Positions 7,301 to 15,818 of a DNA stretch of 28,174 nucleotides are shown here, one piece after another; positions within the stretch are counted from its first letter, which is position 1; the number at the start of each line of letters is the position of its first letter. The position numbers were made by a program, and so were the translations under genes. The notes under the pieces were generated by a model. It made no database searches. It saw only the letters and a list, made by a program, of their open reading frames with translations, and was not told where the DNA came from. The stretch covers positions 1-28,174 of IMG/VR virus record IMGVR_UViG_3300030493_000049; one strand, written 5' to 3'. This stretch comes from a virus. Taxonomy: Duplodnaviria > Caudoviricetes.

Positions 7301-7540
7301 GGCTGCGCGCACTGAATTCCGACCGCGGGGTGAGAGTACGCGGGATAAGCGCAGCCTACAAATCACAGTCATCTTCCCGCCATCGGGAACTTGATCGCCC
7401 GATCCTACACGGGCGAAGATCCCTTGGGGCCAGACACCTCTTCTCGTTCGTTCAATCTGGCTCCATTCTCTCCTAATCACCACACAACACGCGGCCCGGA
7501 CACTTCAGACGCCTATCTACCTTGCCACAACGAGGGCCGC
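7301..7540 (+). ncRNA. Candidate structured RNA / hairpin cluster
   Basis: Stems 7301-7308/7349-7356, 7374-7379/7384-7389, 7395-7401/7410-7416, 7426-7434/7456-7464, 7491-7497/7534-7540; no credible ORF. Confidence 0.45.
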
Positions 7541-7644
7541 ACTTACGAGGATCGCAGGAGAAAGCCCACGATCTTTAGTCGTGGGATGAATCCGTACACT
7601 CCAGGATAAACCTTATATACCATACAAGCATATAACATCTTGGC

Positions 7645-8046
7645 ATGGCAACAGATAGATGGACAAGGAGTAATACCACGGTCTATAATATAGGATATCA
7701 CCTTATATGGTGTCCTAAGTACCGACGAAAGGTATTAGTCGGTGATGTGCAAGCACGCTTGAAGCAGCTTCTTCAAGAGAAAGCTGATAAGATCGGCGTC
7801 TCCATTGAAGAAATGCAGATTATGCCAGACCATGTTCATCTATTTGTCAAAGCGTCGCCTGTTGCTAGTCCTCATTGGATAGTACAGCAATTGAAGGGCT
7901 ATACATCCCATGAACTACGAGCACAATTCAAATCTCTTAGAACGAGGTTGCCTACTCTGTGGACACGAAGCTACTATGTGGAATCCTGCGGACATATCTC
8001 AGAGGATACGGTTAAGAAATACATCGAGGAGCAAAAGAAAAAATGA
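7645..8046 (+). CDS. tnpA: IS200/IS605 Y1 (HUH) transposase
   Basis: YHLIWCPKYRR, DHVHLF (HUH), LWTRSYYV, KKYIEEQ. Confidence 0.97.
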   Translation: MATDRWTRSNTTVYNIGYHLIWCPKYRRKVLVGDVQARLKQLLQEKADKIGVSIEEMQIMPDHVHLFVKASPVASPHWIVQQLKGYTSHELRAQFKSLRTRLPTLWTRSYYVESCGHISEDTVKKYIEEQKKK

Positions 8047-9050
8047 TCCTAACATACAAAATCAAGCATGGTAGGGACTTCTCAGATGAACTGAGAAAGG
8101 CTAAGCAAATAGCAAAGTTTGCTATCCAAACCCATAGCCTTAGCTCCAAAGATGTCAAACATATCGGCTTGAAATCGATGATTGCTAACCAGATACTCAG
8201 GAAGTATAGCCGAAGCAATACCGCAAGATCGGTTAAGAGTGTCAAATTAGCGATTCCTAACCAGGGAATCAAGGTAGACCGAGACACAAAGACCATATCA
8301 GCACCGTGTTTGAAGTTCTCCTTAAAATATGAATTCCCTGATAACTTTGAGAAGATTAATCAAATCGAAGTTGGCGAGGAATACGCCTATGTCTCAGTAT
8401 CCATTCCAGAACCGGAATTGATCAAGGCTGAGAAATGGATAGGCGTTGATCGAAATACCGTAGGACATATAGCAGTGGTGTCTGATCCTGAGACAGGCAA
8501 AGTTATCAAGCTCGGAAAGTCCGCTCTCCATATCCATCAAAAGTACAAGAGCCTTCGCAAAGGACTTCAGAAGAAAGGCAAGTATGGAAAGGTCAAGCAA
8601 ATCAAGGACAGGGAGAGTCGAATAGTCAAAGATATCAACCACAAGGTTTCCCGGAAGATCGTTGATACTGCTAAAGAATCTGGCAAAGGTATCAAACTTG
8701 AGGATCTAACTGGAATCAGGAACGGCAAGCATAACACAAAATCATTCCGCTATGCTAAGAACAGTTGGTCATTCTATCAACTCCAAAATCAGATAGAATA
8801 CAAGGCCAAGCTGCTTGGTGTGGAAGTCGCTTATGTTGATCCAGCATATACTTCAAAATCGTGTAGTAGATGCGGACTCATCGGAGACAGGAACAAAAAG
8901 AGTTTCAAGTGTCCTCATTGTGGGCACGTTGACCATGCTGACAGTAATGCAGGATTCAATATTGCAAAACGTCCGTGCATAGGTCGATCAACCAAAGAAA
9001 GAGATTTGGTTGAAGGGAACACTGATATCCCTAAAGTTGCTCTGGCTTGA
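8043..9050 (+). CDS. tnpB: TnpB RNA-guided endonuclease (compact, 335 aa)
   Basis: RuvC-I IGVDRN, RuvC-II LEDL, Zn finger CSRCG/CPHCG, RuvC-III DHADSNAGFNI. Confidence 0.95.
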   Translation: MILTYKIKHGRDFSDELRKAKQIAKFAIQTHSLSSKDVKHIGLKSMIANQILRKYSRSNTARSVKSVKLAIPNQGIKVDRDTKTISAPCLKFSLKYEFPDNFEKINQIEVGEEYAYVSVSIPEPELIKAEKWIGVDRNTVGHIAVVSDPETGKVIKLGKSALHIHQKYKSLRKGLQKKGKYGKVKQIKDRESRIVKDINHKVSRKIVDTAKESGKGIKLEDLTGIRNGKHNTKSFRYAKNSWSFYQLQNQIEYKAKLLGVEVAYVDPAYTSKSCSRCGLIGDRNKKSFKCPHCGHVDHADSNAGFNIAKRPCIGRSTKERDLVEGNTDIPKVALA

Positions 9051-9118
9051 ATCCAGCTAACAACAGAACCCCAGGTGCTTCAGCCCTGGGAGTATGTCAG
9101 CAATTCTGAGGATCACCA

Positions 9119-10474
9119 ATGCCCGTCACAGATGAAGACATAATGCAGGCGTGGGCCAAAGCCGGACTTAAGCCCGACTACCTCCCTGTTAGCGAACTCC
9201 TGCAGTATGTCGAAAATACGAGGCCCCTTAACCCCAAGAAGCACCGACACAAGGACCTCGTGGCCACAAAAGGCAGCATACACACATCAGGCTACAAAGT
9301 CCCGGCTCTCCTGTGGAAGAACCCCCAGACAGGAAACGTTGAGGTCGTCATAGGCTCAGGGCGTATCCTGGCGGCTGCTGATGATGGCCTGGAAGCGTTG
9401 CCGGTCCACTGGGACACCACTATGACATCGGCCCAGGTCAAAGCTCTGAGGCTCGCAGATAATAGGCTGCCTGAAATCTCATCAGCTTATGATGATCAGA
9501 TTATCATCGATACGCTCAAGGACCTGAAGCTCGCGGAACTTGATGTCGAATATCTGAAGTATGATAAGTATGAAAAGGTTTTATTAACAGATCAAGCAGC
9601 GGACGACCCGATATTCAAGAGCATTGCCCCTGATTATGAGGCATTGGTAAACGGCCCACCAGAATACTCTGGCGCGGCACGTCCTCTGCCTTTAGGCAGC
9701 GCTCCTGTAAATATTGAAAAGCCCGGAGATCTCGATAAGCCCTTCATAGAAGATCGAACTGACATTGAGCCCGTTAAAAACGGAGATCTTCAGATGGGTG
9801 ACATTGTGTTCCCCTCTGATCCCGTGTGGGGAATACCGATGCTCAGCCTGAAGTATCAGGCAGAGAAGGTTACGAAGCCGGTCGTGAAATGGGGAGAGGT
9901 GGGCCGAAAAGATAAGAGCGTCCGTGGCGGCATATGGCATTTCTATGTTGGGGACGGCAAATTTGAGACGCTTTATTACAACGATCCCAGTGCCCCGATG
10001 TATGCAAATCCCTATGCAATGGTCTTACCTAACTTCAGTATTCGATCACAGACGCCTTATTCATGGGTGATGGGCCAGACGTTCAAAAAGTTCTGGTTAG
10101 GTCGATACTGGCAATCCAAGGGGTTCCGGATATTTGTGGACATGAACGTCCGCATTGACCCTGAAGAAGTGAAGCTTGTCGGCTGCCCGATAAACTTGAT
10201 AGGAGTCCCGCGGGGCTTCAGAGCTTACGCCAGCCGCGGGTACAACGCCTCGGCGGATTACTTGAGAGTTGAGTACGAATGGGCCTGCAAGTGGGCTGGT
10301 TCGGACGACATCATATTTCTGGTCATTGGTGGTGGAAAAGAGGTCCAGAAGGTCTCTTCTGAAATGCAATGGACCTGGATACCTGAAAGGTTGGATTGCA
10401 TCCGGTATCCTGAACTGGATGATGGCCTGGCTCCGAAAGTCCCAACTTCTGATTTTATAAATATAAAAATGTAA
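9119..10474 (+). CDS. ParB/Srx-like N-terminal domain fused to a DUF4417-like domain
   Basis: NPKKH, VVIGSGRILAA, ALRLADNRL (ParB-N); WHFYVGDGKFE, PNFS, WLGRYWQSKG (DUF4417-like). Confidence 0.75.
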   Translation: MPVTDEDIMQAWAKAGLKPDYLPVSELLQYVENTRPLNPKKHRHKDLVATKGSIHTSGYKVPALLWKNPQTGNVEVVIGSGRILAAADDGLEALPVHWDTTMTSAQVKALRLADNRLPEISSAYDDQIIIDTLKDLKLAELDVEYLKYDKYEKVLLTDQAADDPIFKSIAPDYEALVNGPPEYSGAARPLPLGSAPVNIEKPGDLDKPFIEDRTDIEPVKNGDLQMGDIVFPSDPVWGIPMLSLKYQAEKVTKPVVKWGEVGRKDKSVRGGIWHFYVGDGKFETLYYNDPSAPMYANPYAMVLPNFSIRSQTPYSWVMGQTFKKFWLGRYWQSKGFRIFVDMNVRIDPEEVKLVGCPINLIGVPRGFRAYASRGYNASADYLRVEYEWACKWAGSDDIIFLVIGGGKEVQKVSSEMQWTWIPERLDCIRYPELDDGLAPKVPTSDFINIKM

Positions 10475-10486
10475 GAGGTGATACTT

Positions 10487-10627
10487 ATGGTAACGTTCCG
10501 CGCTCCTGCACGTCCTGGGATTGGATCAAGCAAAGACGGTCAAAAATTCAAGGCTAATCAGGGCAGAAAGGCCCCCAACGGCAGAACCTCCAGCGGGGCT
10601 CCTAGGGCGATGTGGCCCAAGGATTAA
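10487..10627 (+). CDS. Small Gly/Arg/Lys/Pro-rich peptide (46 aa)
   Basis: Strong GAGGTGA SD; MVTFRAPARPGIGSSKDGQKFKANQGRKAPNGRTSSGAPRAMWPKD. Confidence 0.7.
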   Translation: MVTFRAPARPGIGSSKDGQKFKANQGRKAPNGRTSSGAPRAMWPKD

Positions 10628-10638
10628 AGGGGCTACTT

Positions 10639-11421
10639 CTAGCCCCATCTTCTACTGATTTTCTCCTTCTCCACCCCCACCTGTGGGGGGAGGGATACTT
10701 TCACAGGATCTACGATCCCTGACGCAACCGCAACGCGGCAATGGATACGGCGATCTGCCGCCGCCTGAATAGCAACCATCTGGAGAGCGAACGCACCCTT
10801 CGCACCTGTGAGGCGCTGCGACTGCTCTTCATTCTCTCCTTTCAGAGAGATTCTGAGGCGGACATCATTCCCCGCCGCCTTTCGTAGATCATCCAGAATC
10901 TCAGGATGGGCCCCTAGCCAAACTGCATTCGACTCGATGACTATCGTAGTGGCGCTACTGGCTTCCCTCAGCAGTCTCATGACCGCGAGGCTGTGGGCTG
11001 TAGACGCCTCCCCCAGGAAAGGCTCACAGCCTGATATCCTGAAATTCCAACAATCATGCTTCTCCGCGATAGATACTAGCTTCGCGGAGGCTTCTGCAGG
11101 CGTGCAGAAAACGCCCTTTGCGCTTTCTGGATGCTGGTTTTTCGCATAATTCCAGCATCTTCCAGCCCCTTCCCAATCGCAGAGGAGGCAGCAGCCCACG
11201 GCGTCCGCGGTACAGATTCCGCCGTAAAAACGAGCATGGCGGAACCTGTAGTACATTCTAGCATCGCCCTTCATGACGATCTTCTCCACCATTGCAGCCC
11301 TTTCCAGTGGGTCGAAAGGCACCCCTGGCATAGCCAGGTCCCTGGCAGGTTTCGCGACAGAGGCCACTTTGGGCTTCATGTTCGCGAGCATATCTTCGAT
11401 AGATACTTGATTTGCAGCCAT
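10639..11421 (-). CDS. Radical SAM Fe-S protein (archaeal COG5014-like)
   Basis: YYRFRHARFYGGICTADAVGC.. motif, RISGCEP, IESNA, RISLKG; Cys motif CX3CX7C. Confidence 0.85.
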   Translation of the reverse strand: MAANQVSIEDMLANMKPKVASVAKPARDLAMPGVPFDPLERAAMVEKIVMKGDARMYYRFRHARFYGGICTADAVGCCLLCDWEGAGRCWNYAKNQHPESAKGVFCTPAEASAKLVSIAEKHDCWNFRISGCEPFLGEASTAHSLAVMRLLREASSATTIVIESNAVWLGAHPEILDDLRKAAGNDVRLRISLKGENEEQSQRLTGAKGAFALQMVAIQAAADRRIHCRVAVASGIVDPVKVSLPPQVGVEKEKISRRWG

Positions 11422-11462
11422 TCACAACACCTTATCATAGTACTGATTATTATTTGAAAAAA

Positions 11463-11553
11463 CCAGGTCTCGCCCTGGAATAATATCCTATTATCCTATC
11501 ATGCTATAAATAACTTGTGATAACCTGATAATATCACAAAGTATAAATAAGAT
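11463..11553. promoter_or_regulatory. Bidirectional promoter/operator, copy 1
   Basis: Between divergent genes; TATAAATA boxes; palindrome TTGTGATA/TATCACAA; closely similar copy at 12676-12766. Confidence 0.7.
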
Positions 11554-11572
11554 AATGGGCTATTTGGGTAAT

Positions 11573-11749
11573 ATGCCTACTAAATATCCTGGAAAAATTA
11601 ACCTCAATGTATCGCCTGAGGTAGCAAACGCCTTCAGAGATCAAGTCTATAAAATTCACAAATCGACCTACCAATCAGGTCAGGAGCTGGAGATTGCCCT
11701 TCGAGAGTACTTAGAGAAGCGGGGCGTTGTTATTTCGGATGGGTGTTAG
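11573..11749 (+). CDS. Ribbon-helix-helix transcription regulator
   Basis: KINLNVSPEVANAFR...ELEIALREYLEK; start at 11573 or 11555. Confidence 0.8.
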   Translation: MPTKYPGKINLNVSPEVANAFRDQVYKIHKSTYQSGQELEIALREYLEKRGVVISDGC

Positions 11750-12011
11750 GCGCCGAACAATCCGGCTATCCGGGAAGGCTCAAAGAAAGTGAAGGCAAAG
11801 CTTCAGGATAACCCCGACTGCAATATGGCTGATATCCTGTTCAAGAAATAGGGCCTACTCACAGGCAGTCTTGGCCGGCCTCGGCCTTGAGAGGCGCAGG
11901 ACTGTAGCGCGGGAGGCCCGGCAGGGCCGACTCGCGGCGCTCCGGAAAAGTAACGAGTCCGAGGACGTAAAGAGACGAACGCTCTAAGAGAAAAGCACTA
12001 CAAAAAAGAAG

Positions 12012-12200
12012 TCAAATATCCTTTCCCATTTCTCGAAAAGCCCTCTCAGCTCGATCAATCTCTTTCAGAGTCTCTAAGGGGCACTCCTCATAATCAGGCC
12101 TACCACAATCCTCAACGCACGCCTGAAAGATCCCAACGTCTGGATCTGCAGGAGCTACCAGCGCGAACTGGCAATCTAGCTGTTCGCAGGGAGGCTTCAT
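12012..12200 (-). CDS. Small Cys-rich protein
   Basis: CEQLDC, CVEDC, ECP; coupled to the upstream ORF. Confidence 0.6.
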   Translation of the reverse strand: MKPPCEQLDCQFALVAPADPDVGIFQACVEDCGRPDYEECPLETLKEIDRAERAFREMGKDI

Positions 12201-12403
12201 AAGCAGCCTCCAGTCAATTCTAAATGGGCCTCTATCATCTCAGTCACTTTCACAACAGCTAAGGGCCCCTTCCTGGCTCTTACAACCTCAAATGCTGCCT
12301 CCCTCTGTGAGCGAGGAAGGCGCGAAAAGGCAGCGTGCTGCCTGGCTTCGCGATCGATATACGCAGCGAGTTTGCCTACGCTCTCCTTTTGGGTGGGGCG
12401 CAC
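12197..12403 (-). CDS. Small hypothetical protein
   Basis: GGGGGTGA SD, GTG start, coupled stop. Confidence 0.6.
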   Translation of the reverse strand: MRPTQKESVGKLAAYIDREARQHAAFSRLPRSQREAAFEVVRARKGPLAVVKVTEMIEAHLELTGGCL

Positions 12404-12535
12404 TCAATTCACCCCCATGATGGATATGCGCACTGTTGGGGCTTCTGGCATCCTGCATAGCTTGTAATCGATCTCAGCTTGTATTTTGAGCTGCAAGCTC
12501 TCCAGCTCTGTAAGGGTCATGGCTTCAAGGTCCAT
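12404..12535 (-). CDS. Small hypothetical protein (43 aa)
   Basis: GAGGGGGTG SD; MDLEAMTLTELESLQLKIQAEIDYK. Confidence 0.55.
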   Translation of the reverse strand: MDLEAMTLTELESLQLKIQAEIDYKLCRMPEAPTVRISIMGVN

Positions 12536-12675
12536 TTATGCCACCCCCTCAACAACGATATCCTCAACAGCTATCCCCTCATCCCTGGCGATTTGCGCCA
12601 GGATCGAAGCACGCGCGAACTCAGGGACGCGCGCCAAATTGACTTTGTGAATTGTCTTCATTATTCTCAGTCCTG

Positions 12676-12766
12676 CCAGGTCTCACCCTGGCATAATATC
12701 CTATTATCCTTGTATCCTATAAATAACTTGTGATAACATGATGTTATCATAAGATATAAATAGGAT
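12676..12766. promoter_or_regulatory. Bidirectional promoter/operator, copy 2
   Basis: Direct repeat of 11463-11553; palindrome TGATAACAT-G-ATGTTATCA; TATCCT/AGGATA motifs. Confidence 0.7.
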
Positions 12767-12785
12767 AGTAGGATAATAGGCCAGT

Positions 12786-13271
12786 ATGCGAGCAATAAAC
12801 CAGGATGCAAGAAAAGTCCTTGACAAGCTAACTGCAGGGCTGAATTGTGTAGGCGATCATAGAAAAATCGAAAACAGCCCCTATATGCCTCTCTCGATAG
12901 AGGTAATAGGGCGTTTTGGGCGCGATGAGGGCCTTGAGATCTCAGTATGCCATTATGGGGAACAAAATGGGGACCTCATGAGAGATCCTGAAATGATCTT
13001 CATTAAGCCTCCCAATGGCAATTATTACCCCTACTATTTCAGAAATGATTATCTTGGAAAAGAGGAGTATTCTGCAGAATTCGCCCCTGATGGCTCTGGC
13101 ATCGAGAGTTATAGGCCTCGATTACAGAGGCAGCACGCGATCTTTGCAGGCCAATGGGCTGCAAACCTGAAGGAGCAGGGCTTTATTGAGGCATCAAATG
13201 CCTGGAATGCCAGGGCGCTCTTATCCAAGGAGAATGCCACAGCTGATGCTCTATGCGTGCACCTCGCCTGA
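12786..13271 (+). CDS. DUF6908-like protein
   Basis: YMPLSIE and ISVCHYGEQNGDLMRDPEM motifs, a family seen in mobile elements. Confidence 0.75.
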   Translation: MRAINQDARKVLDKLTAGLNCVGDHRKIENSPYMPLSIEVIGRFGRDEGLEISVCHYGEQNGDLMRDPEMIFIKPPNGNYYPYYFRNDYLGKEEYSAEFAPDGSGIESYRPRLQRQHAIFAGQWAANLKEQGFIEASNAWNARALLSKENATADALCVHLA

Positions 13272-13571
13272 TAGGTGTAAGGCATGTGGAGGCAGCGTTT
13301 TATGTGCGTCGCGTGCTGCCCCACCTCAAGGAGGCTTAACCCATGCCTCCCGTGCGCGTAAACATAATTAGATAATCGTTATCAGCCTCTTCATATTTCT
13401 CTCTGTTTTTTGTATCTCATAGTAATATCTTAGAATTGCCTGCAATTCAGCCCCAATTATCTGGGAATTTCCTGCTATTATCCCTCAATTTTGGGCAGTC
13501 AATTGACTCTCGGATATAAAACGCGCCTACACATCATCATTTCCAATTATTGACAATTACCGGGTGAGATC

Positions 13572-14207
13572 ATGGCAAAGCAAAAGGCCAACACGGGCAA
13601 GAAAAAGCCTGGGCCCAAACCCATAGAGATAGACTACGAAGCGGTTGAGTTCTTCTGCAGAAGTCAGATAAACGATACTCAACTAGCCAGGAAGCTCCAC
13701 ATCTCAAAGCAGGTCCTTAGCCTGCGACTCCAAAAAGACCCCAAGCTTAGGGAAGCCCGGGAGGGTGGGGCAAGTGACGGCCAGAGCATAGTCTCTGATT
13801 CCATGTTCAAGGTCATGCTTGACCGGTACATGACAATCTGCAAGGACTGCGGCAAAATCAGATTCAGCTTTGATCAGTTTTTCGAGACCTGTCCTTACTG
13901 CGACAAAGTGCACCCTCTTGACCCTCGGACTGGTCTGGATGAAAATGAGAACGACCACACAAACGTCCGGCACAAGTTCGTAAAGGGCGATACCAACGTA
14001 ATGATCTTTTGGGCAAAGAATCATCTCAATATGTCTGATAAAATCACTCACAAGGGTGATGAAGAGAACCCGATTGCGTATGCCAGCCTGGCAGATCTCG
14101 CTCTAAGGGCCGCAGCCCAGAAGAAACAGAAGGACCGAGAAGCCAATGATCAAGCGGAAGGCGAAGCGTCCAGGGAAAAAGAAGAAGCGGTCTCAAAGGG
14201 CGGTTAA
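13572..14207 (+). CDS. terS: Terminase small subunit (HTH, Zn-ribbon insert)
   Basis: GPKPIEIDYEAVE.. HTH, GDTNVMIFWAKNHL motif, directly upstream of terL; CKDC/CPYC. Confidence 0.8.
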   Translation: MAKQKANTGKKKPGPKPIEIDYEAVEFFCRSQINDTQLARKLHISKQVLSLRLQKDPKLREAREGGASDGQSIVSDSMFKVMLDRYMTICKDCGKIRFSFDQFFETCPYCDKVHPLDPRTGLDENENDHTNVRHKFVKGDTNVMIFWAKNHLNMSDKITHKGDEENPIAYASLADLALRAAAQKKQKDREANDQAEGEASREKEEAVSKGG

Positions 14208-15729
14208 TCCGAAAGACACAGAACTCGTCTACACAGAACTCCTGCAGCAGGACCCCGTGTGGTTCATCGAGGACGAGGTTCTTGGGTCAAGGCTTTGGGC
14301 GGATCAGAAACGCATAATTGACTCTGTCCGGGACAACTTCAAGACGGCCTGGCGCTCCTGTCACGGGATTGGAAAGTCGTTCTGCTGCGCCCGGTTAGTC
14401 TTGTGGTGGCTTTTCAGTTTTCCCTATTCTATCGTCCTTACTACCGCACCCACCTGGCGGCAGGTCGAGGACATTCTCTGGAAAGAGATCCGGTCTGCCT
14501 ATAACAATAGCCAACGACCTTTAGGCGGAAACCTCGCACCATCGGCAACCCGTTTATCTGTCGCGGGTATTGAATGGGTAGCACTGGGGCTTTCGACCAA
14601 CGACCCCAATAGATTCCAGGGCTATCATGCCGAGCACCTGCTTGTCATAGTCGATGAGGCGGCAGGAGTTAATGAAGACATCTTTGACGCCATCATGGGT
14701 GTGCTCACGTCCGCCCATTGCAGGCTCGTATTAATCGGCAACCCCACTGACATAGGCGGCCAGTTTCATAGGGCGTTCAAGAATCCTGAAGGCTGGAATA
14801 CCGGAAAAACCGCCGCCTGGGATACACCGAACTTCACAAAGTTCGGCATAACGCGTGACGACATCCTGCAGAACACCTGGCGCCCCAAAGCCCCTCTAAG
14901 AAAAAATGCAATCAGCAAAGATGATTTTGCCTGGCCTTACCCCTGGCTCATAACTCCTAAATGGGCGTATGATGCTTATCTGGAGTGGGGCGAGAATCAC
15001 CCCGCATGGTTCGCCAGGGTAGAGGGCGAATTCCCGGAACAGGGCGAGTACAACGTCGTCCCCCTGTCATGGATCGACAAAGCCCAGGATCGTTGGCAAG
15101 ATACGGTCGTTACCGGTCAGCCTATCCTGGGCGTTGATGTGGCTCGTGGCGGCATGGACAAATCTGCCATAGCCGCCAGGGTTGATAACAAACTCATGAG
15201 CATCCAGACGTTTTCGGGTCTCGATACTCAAGAACTCGCTGGAGAGGTCATAAGGACTTACCGGGAGCTGGATGCCAGAATAGTCAACGTCGAGGAAGAC
15301 GGCATAGGCGGCGGCGTAATAGATGAGCTGAAAAAGCACAAGGACATCAAGCGCAACGACGTGCGGGTTGGCTCAAAGTCTGATCAGCTCGACAAAAAGG
15401 GCAACCGGTTATATGGCAACCTCCGTGCAGAGTTATGGTGGACTCTACGAAAAGCGATGGACCCCAAAGGAGACGTCCTCCTCGCACTACCACCAGACGC
15501 TCGCGGCTTGGCGGCAGACCTCGCAGCACCCCGGTACTCTCTCAAGGGTGGCTACATCCAGATCGAGCCTAAAGAGGATACTAAAGCCAGACTACGCAGA
15601 AGCCCGGACGAGGCAGATGCCCTCATGCTCACTTTTGCGCCGCTTGGCAAGAAGCCCATGCCACGCCTGGCCCTGCCCAGAGCATCCCAGACAATAACTC
15701 CTGCCTGGAAGATAAGCAGCTACATGTAA
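14146..15729 (+). CDS. terL: Terminase large subunit
   Basis: Walker A SCHGIGKS, Walker B IVDEAAG, LIGNP, nuclease LGVDVARGGMD, SPDEADA. Confidence 0.95.
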   Translation: MIKRKAKRPGKKKKRSQRAVNPKDTELVYTELLQQDPVWFIEDEVLGSRLWADQKRIIDSVRDNFKTAWRSCHGIGKSFCCARLVLWWLFSFPYSIVLTTAPTWRQVEDILWKEIRSAYNNSQRPLGGNLAPSATRLSVAGIEWVALGLSTNDPNRFQGYHAEHLLVIVDEAAGVNEDIFDAIMGVLTSAHCRLVLIGNPTDIGGQFHRAFKNPEGWNTGKTAAWDTPNFTKFGITRDDILQNTWRPKAPLRKNAISKDDFAWPYPWLITPKWAYDAYLEWGENHPAWFARVEGEFPEQGEYNVVPLSWIDKAQDRWQDTVVTGQPILGVDVARGGMDKSAIAARVDNKLMSIQTFSGLDTQELAGEVIRTYRELDARIVNVEEDGIGGGVIDELKKHKDIKRNDVRVGSKSDQLDKKGNRLYGNLRAELWWTLRKAMDPKGDVLLALPPDARGLAADLAAPRYSLKGGYIQIEPKEDTKARLRRSPDEADALMLTFAPLGKKPMPRLALPRASQTITPAWKISSYM

Positions 15730-15818
15730 ACTAATCACCGAATTTATTGCAGATTTCAAAATTTTCCCCCGGTGTTTTTGAAAACGACCCAACAAACTGT
15801 AAACTTTCAGGTATATAC

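Larger units (their letters stand above)
7547..9100 (+). mobile_element. IS200/IS605-family insertion sequence (tnpA + tnpB)
   Basis: Target TTAC at 7543-7546; left guide AAAG at the foot of hairpin CCCACGATCTTTAGTCGTGGG; right-end GAAC + hairpin CCCAGG..CCTGGG ending TCAG at 9100; fits IS608-type guide/cleavage pairing. Confidence 0.9.

Noticed and set aside
7391-7609. 72-aa ORF across the IS left end
   Set aside because: It spans the insertion junction, has a TTG start without an SD and overlaps hairpins.
7948-7965. Tract 3 (CT CC AC AC AC TT TG AC) resembling tnpA codons L-P-T-L-W-T
   Set aside because: It needs deletion of two pentamers plus two mismatches; too weak to distinguish from chance.
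11950-11971. Hammerhead-like GTAACGA-GTCC-GA-GGAC-GTAA
   Set aside because: The catalytic core (CUGANGA, GAAA) is not intact, the loop is only 2 nt, and stems I and III were not found.
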